Assembly (NCBI GenBank): GCA_012862495.1
Contig: BLSG01000216.1
Coordinates: 523,796-587,709 of the forward strand
Direction: 5' to 3'
DNA length: 63,914 nucleotides
Source: Thraustochytrium aureum
Lineage: Eukaryota
The notes beneath the pieces are model-generated. The model was not told the DNA's origin and made no database searches. It saw only the letters and a list, made by a program, of their open reading frames with translations. Of this stretch, positions 1-10,032 are shown piece after piece. A program made the translations under genes and the position numbers. The stretch's first letter is position 1; every line of letters begins with the position of its first letter.

Positions 1-1442
1 CGCTCAAAATGCACTCTGCTCTTCCTCGCTGTGAAAGTGCACCCTCTCCGCCACAAACTTACCCGCTGTGCACAGTGAACAAGAGTAAAATTCACGTACT
101 ACTCCGCCGCTCAGCTGCATTTCGGGCGGACTTTGTGGCGCCCCTCACATGCGGGCGTTTTGCACATGGTTGCGGAGGCCGAGAGGAGCGTCGGATAGTT
201 TTTTTTCTCTGCACACGGAGAAACATATGCTGTTTCGCCGACTGGGGAAGATTCCCCGAACGTGCAGAGATGAGGCGGCGAACGAAGGAATGCTCGTTAG
301 AGCGAACGTAGGTTACCTTACCTCTTACCTTATTCATGTTGTGCGTGCATGTGCTGCGCGGACTCGAGCGCCCTCACATCGGCTGGCTCTCTCTTTCTCC
401 CTCTCTTTCCCTCTGGCTCCCTTCCCCTTGCCGCTCCGAAGGCGCTCAAGGCTCGCGTACGAAGAAAGTAAGTACCTACTAATACCTACCTAGGTCCTAC
501 CAGCCAGCGGTGTGTGAGGCGCGTGGCACGCCCTCTCAAGGTTTGCACACGCAGCAGTTCAGAAAAGAACTGAATTCATTCAGAACTGAATTTTTGGCGC
601 GAGAGAACGCCAGACGAAGCCCTCCGAGTCCCTCCTTCCCTCCTTCCCCCTCTCCCTCACACCGTTCTCACTGGAACCCTGCCCTATTCCTCAAGAGTGT
701 CTCTCGGTGAGCCAGCGTACCCTGCGCAGATTCACACAGTGACAGAGACGGTACCTGCACTCACACTCTCTCTGGCGCCTTCTTTCAAAAGTTCTTTTTT
801 CCCTTCTGTTCTGAATCAAAACCAAAGTGTTTCGTTTTTCTCTCCTCAGTCAAAAGGAGGGTGTTTCACGCAGAGGCGCTGCCTGTGAGGCGGGTTTGTT
901 TCGTGTTCAAGAGCGATGCGGAACCGTCAGGAGAGACAAGAAGCGAAGAATACCTACTCATTCGGTGAGTACTCGTACTAGTAGTCTGTAGCTGGTGCAG
1001 AGCTGCACCAAGTTTCGCGAGGGAAGAGCGCGGCGCAGTGCAGACCGCGGACAGCGCCCGCGAGGCCGCAGAGCAGACTAACGCGCGGTCGCTGCGTGCG
1101 GCTGCTGAAGCGGGTCCGGGCAGGNNNNNNNNNNNNNNNNNNNNNNNNNNNNNNNNNNNNNNNNNNNNNNNNNNNNNNNNNNNNNNNNNNNNNNNNNNNN
1201 NNNNNNNNNNNNNNNNNNNNNNNNNNNNNNNNNNNNNNNNNNNNNNNNNNNNNNNNNNNNNNNNNNNNNNNNNNNNNNNNNNNNNNNNNNNNNNNNNNNN
1301 NNNNNNNNNNNNNNNNNNNNNNNNNNNNNNNNNNNNNNNNNNNNNNNNNNNNNNNNNNNNNNNNNNNNNNNNNNNNNNNNNNNNNNNNNNNNNAGAGGCT
1401 GGCCGCGCTCGGCCGGCAACGCGGGCGCGAGGCGCCGGCACG

Positions 1443-4400
1443 ATGAGGTACACCGAGCTGCTCGCGTCGTACCTGCCCAGCGTCATCGTGGAGGAGCTGC
1501 TCGAGTCCAATGCAGACGAGGAGCTGCCGAGACGCACGGACTATGAGTCGCCCGTGCTGTTCGCGGACTTGGCGGGGTTCACGGCGCTGAGCGAGAGCCT
1601 GGCCAACCAGTACGGCTCGACGGTCGGCTCGGAGAAGCTCGCGCACCAAATAAACTCGATGTTCGCGCAGATCGTCAAAATCATCGGCAGCGAGGGCGGC
1701 GACGTGTTCAAGTTTGCCGGAGACGCCATGATCGTGCTCTGGGTGAGCCGCGACGAAGACATGGTCACGCGGACACGGCGCTCCTGCCAAACCGCACTGC
1801 GCATCCAGGAGCTCCTGAGTCGAGCCGAGGACGCCAAGCGCAGCGTGGAGCTCAGCGTCAAGATCGGGCTCGGCTTGGGGTCGCTGAGCATCTTGCGGCT
1901 CGGCGGGGTCCTGGGCCGCACCGAATCGATTGCGGTGGGTAAACCCCTGCACCAGGCGTTCATGGCCGAGAGCTTTGCTCGCCGTGGCGACATCGTGCTC
2001 TCGGGCAACGTGCTCTTCTGGATCGAGGACTACTTCCAAACCAAGATGGTCCCCGAGAGCTCGCGGAGCAAGCCGTTTTACTTTCTGACCTCGGACGCAA
2101 AGTCGAGCGTCATGCTGCGCAAGAAGAACAAGTTTGCGCTCCGCCAGGGACTCGACTCCATCTCCGCCGACCACGAAGCTGCCATCAGGAGGATGATCCC
2201 TGCAGCCGCGATCGAGTCTATCGACCCCAACCACCCAGAGTTTGAGCAGTTCTCCAACGAGGTGCGCCGCGTCTCTGTGGTGTTCATCTCGCTGGGTTTT
2301 GCGAGCGACGACCTTGCGGCCGCTGCGGAGGAGACCCCCGCAATGCGCCGCCTGCATCTTGCGCTGCGCATCGTGCAGACGACGCTGTACCAGCTCGAGG
2401 GCAGCCTCAACAAGTTCCTCATCGACGACAAGGGCTGCACCCTCATCGCCGTCTTTGGGCTCCCCCCTTTCTCGCACGAGAACGACCCGCAACGCGCCGT
2501 GACCTTTGCCTTGCACATGATCGATGCACTCGCCAGCGAACTGTACCTCAACAGCTCGGTCGGGATCACGACGGGCACCGCGTTTTGCGGCGTCATTGGA
2601 TCGCAGACGCGCAAGGAGTACACAATTCTGGGCGACATCGTCAACATGTCGGCGCGGCTCATGCAGGCGTCGCGGAAAGCGGGCTCGGGCATTGTCTACG
2701 TCGACGAGACGACGTACCAAAACTCGATGCGCGACATCGCCTTCCGCTCCATCGGGAAGCTGCACCTGAAAGGAAAGGCGGTGCAAGTGCCCACGTTTCA
2801 GCCGGTCGCCGCCTCCCTTGCTAGCCCAGACAGCGCCACCAGCTCGCTAGGGCCGGCGCAGGCGTTCCGCCTTGAAAGCGCCTCTCTCAACTACAACAAC
2901 TTTGACTCCGCGCTGGTGTCGCCGGCGTTTCGGCCGCGCTTTGACACGGTAGAGCTCCTCAGCACTCTCCGCATCTCTTCAATCGAGCCCGCAGAAGGCA
3001 GTTTCGGCGGGACCGCCGCTGACGCGCTCTCGGTCTACTTCAAGACGAGCGGCGCCGCTATCGTGTCGCCGAAAGGCAAAAAGGCCGGTGGACAGTTCTG
3101 GAATGCTCCTGAGCGCGCTGGTTCCCCCGCGGCAGGCGACGCTCCTCCCGGTGGGGACCTCGCTCAGCCGCTGTCGTCCCGTTCGCACGCGAAAGGCGCG
3201 AAGAAAGGCGGGCTCTTTCGGCTGACCCGCTCCACCTTTGCAAAGACCAAGGAGGCCAGCGCATCTCGCTTCAGCTCCCGGCTCGCGTCGGGCGCGTCTG
3301 CCAAGTCGGGAGAATCGAAGGAGGAGGTGGGGACGGGTTTGCACGAGGCGGACGAAATCGGGCGCAACTCGGACGCGTCGGACTTTGAGTTCAGCTTTGA
3401 CAAGGAACTCCGCCCGACCAAGTCTTCATCGTCAGGGTCCAAGAAGAAGAAGAGCAAGAGCAAGCCCAGCTCGCCAAAGGGGCGCAAAAAGCTCGCCTCG
3501 CGCAGCGGCGAGGACTTTTCGCAAGCCGCGCCTGGCCACGACGACGCCAGCAACCCCCGTGTGCCGAGCACAGAGAGCTCGTCGAGCGAGAGCGCGAACC
3601 GGCGCTCTGTCAAACGCGAATCCCTCATTCTGTACAACAACGTGCCTCGCCTTCCCGGCCGCGAGCTCCCTCAAAAGCCGGCTGAGCTCGAAGCGCTCGA
3701 GCAGGCCGCTGTCGGAGCGGAAGGCCTGCTTTTGCTCACAACGCTAAACCGCGACAAGCTGGAAACGAGCNNNNNNNNNNNNNNNNNNNNNNNNNNNNNN
3801 NNNNNNNNNNNNNNNNNNNNNNNNNNNNNNNNNNNNNNNNNNNNNNNNNNNNNNNNNNNNNNNNNNNNNNNNNNNNNNNNNNNNNNNNNNNNNNNNNNNN
3901 NNNNNNNNNNNNNNNNNNNNNNNNNNNNNNNNNNNNNNNNNNNNNNNNNNNNNNNNNNNNNNNNNNNNNNNNNNNNNAACGCTAAACCGCGACAAGCTGG
4001 AAACGAGCTCCAGCGTGCTCTCTGGGGCTTACCAATCAGCTTGCCGATCCGGCCTGCTGCGCTCGAGCGTCCCTCCTTCGGGGCTCGCTCTCCTCATTCA
4101 GGGGACCGAATTCTGCCTCCCCGTGCAGCTCTTCGGGTCGAATGCGGAGTACCTGTCGCCGCTTGAGCCTGGCGCGGCCGGCCTTGCCGACTTGCCGCTC
4201 AAGTATGTCGAGGCGATCGTCAACGAAGCGCTTTCCGGCGGGGAGATCCGTCACGACTTGAGCGCACTTGCGGCGGCTTCGGCCGCCGTGCAGACCTTCC
4301 GCAACGGCGGAAACGAAGCCAGCGCTGTTTCGTCCGGCTCGCCGACGAAATTTTGGGGGCCGTCGAACGGCACCAAGAACTCTCGCGCCGCTGCCTCTGC

Positions 4401-7400
4401 AGCAGCTTCGGCGGCCCCTGAACACTCTGCCGAGCCTTACGTCGACGACACGGGGAATGGCGGTACATCGCTCAAACTGGTTCTTGTGCCAACTCGCGAC
4501 CTTGGCCATATCCAGTCGTCGGCTTCGCACGTGATGCAAAACCTCATGTCGCGCAAGATCGAGCTCCTCGAGTATTCCCGTGGCAGCGTAACTGTCTTGA
4601 GCGGGGACCCCGGGTCCGGCAAGTCACACCTGCTGAAGCGGTTTCTGTTTGGCTTCTTGCCAGGTTCAGTGCACGTGTTTTGCAGCTCCGAGCAGTGGAG
4701 ATTGACGGCGAAACAGCGCCGCGGGCGCTCGCTGGCCGAGCCCGAGGAGGAGGACCGCCACGACCGCAAGGTGTTTCGCAACAGCGGGCAGAACTTTAGC
4801 GTCTGGTTTGAGATTGTCAACCGCTGGCTCGAGCTCGAGCTCACCAGGTCGGCCGACCTGATGCCGCAGACCGGTAGCTCGAGCAAGTCGCGCACCACCG
4901 ACGTGCAAAAGGCGCGCACGGTCGTCGTCAAGGGCATCCTCGACCTTCCTTGCATCCTTACGCGTCGCTGCTCAACGAAGAGCTCAATCTCAACTTCCTC
5001 CCCCCTGTTGGTGCGGCCGCCCAAGCGCTGAGCTCCCTCAACTCGCACGAGCACTCCACGCAGGTGAACGACATGATCTGCTCGATCGTTGTAGACCTGG
5101 TCAGCAAATTGGTCAAGGACCTCGGGAAGCTGCTCGTCGTGGTCGACGACTGCATGCGCATCGACGCACAGAGTTGGCGCGTCGCCAAGTGCCTCGCTGA
5201 GCTCGTCGCCGCGGACCAACTGCCGCTGATGATGGTTTTCGCCTCACGACCGTTCGAGGGCTTTGTGGACCGCTCCCTGGGGCTCTCGCCCCAGCTTCTC
5301 GCTGCCAGCACGAGGGAGGCGCTCGACGAGTACCGCAAACTTTGCTCGCTCCCCGTCGCGCAGTACATGCGCCTTGGGCCGATGTCGGGCTATATGGCGC
5401 ACGACCTGTTCCGCAAGCACATCGGGGAGAACATCCAAGCTGTCTCTCCCGACCTGTGGAAGGTTTGCGAATCCCGCTGCTTCAACAACCCGCTCCTCAT
5501 CAAAGAATTCGCGTTCCAGCTTCGCCAGGCGCGGCGCCCGAAGCTCGTCAAGTACTCGCCAATAACCGCAAAGTCCGGCAAGCGAAAGGGCTTGGAGGCA
5601 GGCACGCGGTACATCGCCTCGCTTCGCGTTGCGGTGCAAGAGCTCGACGAGCCGGCCTGGACCGTGCATGCTGCGCACCGCGCTCAGGTCAGCAAACAAG
5701 CGGCGCACCTGCTCGGGCACGACGGCAACGCCTCGACGCACCCGCTGGACCTTGATGTGGGCGGCGACGACGACGAGGTGGGCGGTAGCAAAGACGGCCG
5801 CTTCAGCCCCGACATGTACGCGCCCAGCGAAGTCCCGCCGCCGGCCACCGCTGCAGGCGTGCTCGGTGCCCGCATCGACCGCTTGCCAGCAATGGAGCAA
5901 CTCGTGCTCAAGATCGCCTGCGTGGTCGGAAGCGTCTTCGCGCTTCGCCTCGTGGAGGAGGTTTACCCGTTCCAAAACGACGAGTCCCGCGTCGAGGTCA
6001 AGGCGGCTTGCGAATCGCTTGCGGACCAGCATGGGCTCTTGCACAAAATCCGCGCCAACGCCTACAACGATGAGTACGTGTACCGCTGCGCAGATGTGCT
6101 GCTCGTCTCGACGGTGCGCCACCGACTCTTGCAGAAGCAAAAGCTCGGCCTGGCGGCAAAAATTACGCGCTCAAGAAGCCAGTACAAAGCGGCACTCAAC
6201 CTGAGCGACATGCAAAAGCAGGACAAGACCTTTTCCCTGTTCGACCCCTCACGCCTCTCGGCCTCCAGCCTCACAAAGTCGGGCCACGCACTGGGCGGCC
6301 CTGGCGCCCCCGGAGCGCATGAATCGCGATGGCAAAAGGAGGGCCAACTGCAGCTCAAGAAGGAAAGCGAGTCTCGCATGCTGTTTTNNNNNNNNNNNNN
6401 NNNNNNNNNNNNNNNNNNNNNNNNNNNNNNNNNNNNNNNNNNNNNNNNNNNNNNNNNNNNNNNNNNNNNNNNNNNNNNNNNNNNNNNNNNNNNNNNNNNN
6501 NNNNNNNNNNNNNNNNNNNNNNNNNNNNNNNNNNNNNGCATGTCGAGGCAGGCTGCCGGGAGGCAATCTTCCTGAGCGATGCATCTGTGCGCGTGCTCGA
6601 CCTGTCGGACGGCGCAGATCGCGCCGGTATGGCGGGCAGCAAGAACTCCAAGCTCGTGTTTGTCGTTGAGAGCGCCGAGTGGAACCGTCGCGGGGAATTC
6701 ATGTACACGCCGCGCTCCTTCGTCTTTGCGGCTGCAACAGAGGAGGAGGCTAAGAGCTGGTACTCGCGCATCCGCATGGTTGTGAACAAGCTCAAGCTTG
6801 GCGCGCTCCTGCCCGCGCCGCGCACAGGCAAGGCGCGCAGCCTCACGTCGACGGGGTCTGCAAAGCTGGCTCTCAGCACGCGGCTGCTCCCCGTGCGCCA
6901 CCGAGAGGCCAACACGGTGATCTCCAAGAAAGACACGGTGCTCCTCATCACCATGGAGCGAGCGCACCGCGAGGTTGGTCCCCATCTCGCCGATCCTCTT
7001 GCCCCAAGGTAGAGGGCGACCCTTGGCCAGAGATGTACGCCTCGCTGAGGCTCAAGCTGAAAAGCGCGGAGAAGGTGGTGCGCAAGCAGACGATGTTGTC
7101 GCAGCCTCAAAGCACGGAGCTCCTCCCCTTTAACGAGAGCTTCGCCTTCGCGCTGAGCCCTGAGACGCTCTTGGACTGGTCCGCGATCGGCAAGTGCCCC
7201 CACCGGAACGCGATGGTCGAGATCGTGATGTGGAAGCAAGAGGACGGGGCCTTGGGGTTTGATCGCATGATCGGGCTCTGCTCCGTGCCCCTCGCCCCGC
7301 TCGCCAAGCAGCTCGGCGCCCGGGCCGGAGCGAAATCCGGGTCAGGGGCCACCCTGCAAGTGAAGACGGAGCTCCCCATTTCTTGGCCGTACCAGCGCAG

Positions 7401-9896
7401 TGGGAAGAAAGTGCGGAGCCGCCCTGTAGAATCGAGCATACAGGTCACTCTGAAGCTTCAGGTCTCCAAGGCGGACCTTGACTGCCTGAAAGTCTTGGTG
7501 GCTCGCGATAAGGCAGAGCCCGCCGCGTCGCCCTCGTTTTATGAGCTCGGCCGTGAGGTCTACAAACTCAACTCGGAGCTGTTGCATCGACAAGAGCGCG
7601 ACCACCTGATCAAAGACCGCGCAAACTCGGCAGCTTCGCTTCTCGACGACGACCAAGGAGTCCACTCCAGCATCGATCGCAAACTCTCGCGCGCGGGGTC
7701 GAAAGACACGCGGAGAAGCGCGCCGTCGACCCGCAGGTCGCGCGCGCCCAGGGCCTCGAAAAGTCCCGATCCAACTCTGCCCTTGTCGGCTCGAGTGAGA
7801 CGCGGGGGAGCTGGACTTCGGCCGGCGGAGTTGCGCTGAAGCGCAACAGCACACCAGCGGACGCAACGACGGCGGCAGGCGCTTCTCCGATCGACGCTGC
7901 GCTAAGTCACCTCGAGTACCTCATTTCGCTATCGCGAGGGAGCCGCGACAAGCGCAAGCAGCAGGACCTCGACAATCTCAAGCAGCTGCTTCTGACTCGT
8001 TCGTTCAACTCGCTCGTGGACCATGTGAAGCTGGACGAGGACTCCAAGCTGTGGCTGAGCACCTTCACGCGGAGCGCCGAGGACGGCGCGTCGACCTCGA
8101 ACAGCAGCGGCCCCGTCGGGGCAGTGAAACGCCTTTCAGCTAGTGCGGGAAGCCGCCTCAAGCTGCAGCGCGGCCGGGCCGACACCGTGAGCACGGTGGA
8201 GAAGCACTCTGACGTGTACCTGGCGGAGGTGGGGCGGCCCCTCTCCTACCTAGACGACTCCAAGGCGATTCGCGGGCCGCACACGCTGAGCTTTTTCACA
8301 AATAAGCTGCTGAAGAGGCAGATGCGGGACACCGTGCTCGTATTCGTGCACAAGTCCGAGAGCGACGCCGAGAGCGAGCCAGTCGACGAGCGCGACATGG
8401 TGCCCCTCCAAGAGCACCTGACGCAGCTGGCCAAGTTGGCCATGCAGGCGACCAACTCGGCCTCGCTGCACAAAGCCAAGTCGGTGCGCAAGAGCAAGCT
8501 GGCGATGGCGCTCATGCAGGGCAACGCGGGCCGCAAGTCGAGCGTGCGCACGGGAGCGCACCCCTCTTGCTACCAGTCCCGCCTCAACGAGACCATGTCC
8601 TTCGCTGCGCTGGAAAACATCTGGATCCAGTGGGCTTTGCGCGAGAGCAGGAAGCACGGCCACAACGCTGGCACGTTGGAGCCAGGAAGCTGGACTTTTG
8701 ATCTCGGGGCTGTGGACGTCAAGCTATATGGCGTCCTGTTCAGCACGTTTTTGGCGAGGCTCGGCCTCGACGAAGAGTTTGCCATCACCTCCAAGGCGAC
8801 GTACGGCTTCGTGGAGTCGGTGCATGAGAGCATGTCCATGCACGAGGCGCCGTACCACAACATGGACCATGCCATCGACGTAGCACAAGCGGCGTATTGC
8901 CTGCTCGGCCGCATGGGCGGCGCCGAATTGCTCGACTCTGCCGAGGTCCTCGGCGTTCTTGTGGCGAGCTTGTGCCACGACATGGAGCACCCAGGCCTCA
9001 ACAACGCCTTCCAAGTGCGCGCAAAGACCCAGCTCGCGCTCCAGTACGACCGCTGTCCGCTGGAGAGCCACCACATCGCGTGCTGCTTTGCACTTCTGCG
9101 GGAGGAGAGCACCAACCTTCTCGCGGGCTGCTCGCAGCGCGACGCTGACAAGGCGCGCACAGTTATTGTCGACACCATCCTGGCGACAGACATGCAGTCC
9201 CACTTTGGCCTGGTGGACCAGGTTCGCAATTTGGTATCGCGCAACTTTGACGATGGCGCGTTTGGGGGGGGCTCGACGCTGGCTCGCATCTCGACCGAGG
9301 ACACCGATGCCTCAGATAGCCCCGGGGGGCTCGGCATGGCGGACCGCAGCACGGTCGCCAAGGCGATTATTCACTTTGCAGACATATCGAACCCCAGCCG
9401 CAGTTGGCAGGTTGCGCGGCGCTGGCAGTCGCTGATCGTCGAAGAGTTTTTCTCTCAGGGCGACAAGGAGCGCGCCAACGGGTGGGAGATCTCTCCAGGC
9501 ATGGACCGCGAGATCACCAAGGTGCCAGACATGGCGCTCAGCTTTATCGACTTTATCGTGGCCCCTGCAGCTGTCTCGCTCGCTGGTCTGCTCCCCAAGT
9601 CGTCGCTCATTTGCGTGAACCTCGCAGAGAACAGGTCGCGCTGGGCCGAGATCCAGGAGCAGGACGCCCTCAAGCGCAAGGATCTCAGCGACTCGACGCG
9701 GAAGGAGGCGCTCGAGCAGCTCTCTATGCGGCGCGCGGCGTTTGACGAGATCCTCTCCTCTGCGGGTTTCACGCGTGGTTTGGACGGCTCGATCAGCTAT
9801 GCGCCAACCACGTCCACCAAGCGCCGCGGCAGCCTGTACGGGCTCGAGGCCCTGCAAGCGCGCCAGTCCGTTTCGCTTCCAATGACAGATGTGTGA
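1443..9896 (+). CDS. Soluble adenylyl cyclase (ADCY10/sAC-like tandem class III cyclase)-P-loop NTPase-PH-C2-class I cyclic nucleotide phosphodiesterase fusion, reconstructed from 6 ORF pieces
   Basis: ATG 1443 (MRYTELLASYLP). Pieces: 1443-3770, 4009-~4950, ~4950-6387, 6538-~7005, ~7005-~7703 and ~7703-9896. They are joined by a 31-nt overlap across one gap, one true gap inside the PH domain, and three -1 frame breaks. Domain motifs run across or right up to the junctions. Confidence 0.75.
1545..2810 (+). other. Tandem class III adenylyl cyclase domains (C1+C2, sAC type)
   Basis: C1: VLFADLAGFTALSE...GGDVFKFAGDAMIVLW, with both metal-binding Asp. C2: SLNKFLIDDKGCTLIAVFGLPP...GITTGTAFCGVIGSQTRKEYTILGDIVNMSARLM, with the Lys/Thr ATP-specifying residues and the catalytic Asn/Arg. 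Confidence 0.95.
4585..6150 (+). other. STAND/AAA-type P-loop NTPase plus winged-helix region as found in sAC-family cyclases
   Basis: Walker A GDPGSGKS (4603-4626), Walker B LLVVVDD (~5130-5150), NNPLLIKE (GxP-like motif) and ARIDRLPAMEQLVLKIACVVGSVF. Confidence 0.85.
6325..6790 (+). other. PH domain, interrupted by gap 6388-6537
   Basis: N-terminal strand QKEGQLQLKK before the gap. C-terminal RSFVFAAATEEEAKSWYSRIR helix with the conserved Trp after it. Confidence 0.75.
6935..7460 (+). other. C2-like domain
   Basis: VLLITMERAH...MYASLRL...LPFNESFAF...VEIVMWKQ...FDRMIGLCSVPL follows the C2 strand pattern. Confidence 0.65.
8690..9650 (+). other. Class I (HD-type) 3',5'-cyclic nucleotide phosphodiesterase catalytic domain
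   Basis: PYHNMDHAIDV, HDMEHPGLNN (HDxxHxGxxN signature), LESHH, ILATDM, HFADISNP, EEFFSQGDKE and FIDFIV. Confidence 0.95.
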
Positions 9897-10032
9897 AGAA
9901 TGAATTTTGTGTTTGTAGCTCCAACCCACCACGATCGCGTCGACGTCGCACGTAGTGGGAAGAGTTCTAAGGTTGGTTTTCATTCAATCGGAAAGCTGCC
10001 AAGACCTCCCAAAACATCAGCAATCGACCAAC

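Noticed and set aside
1..1100. Short ORFs and TACCT / CAGAACTGAA mini-repeats upstream of the cyclase gene
   Set aside because: This is lower-GC, pyrimidine-tract-rich non-coding sequence. The repeats are too short and irregular to support an element or RNA gene.
978..2786. Long antisense or alternative-frame ORFs (e.g. 978-2786 -, 9955-11421 +, 41785-44463 +, 56538-58073 +)
   Set aside because: These are shadows of GC3-rich coding genes on the opposite strand, or ORFs inflated by N-runs. They have no independent motifs.
7009..7032. Tiny GT-AG intron to bypass the TAG at 7010
   Set aside because: Neither candidate acceptor (7030 or 7032) restores the C2 frame, whereas a 1-nt homopolymer correction does.
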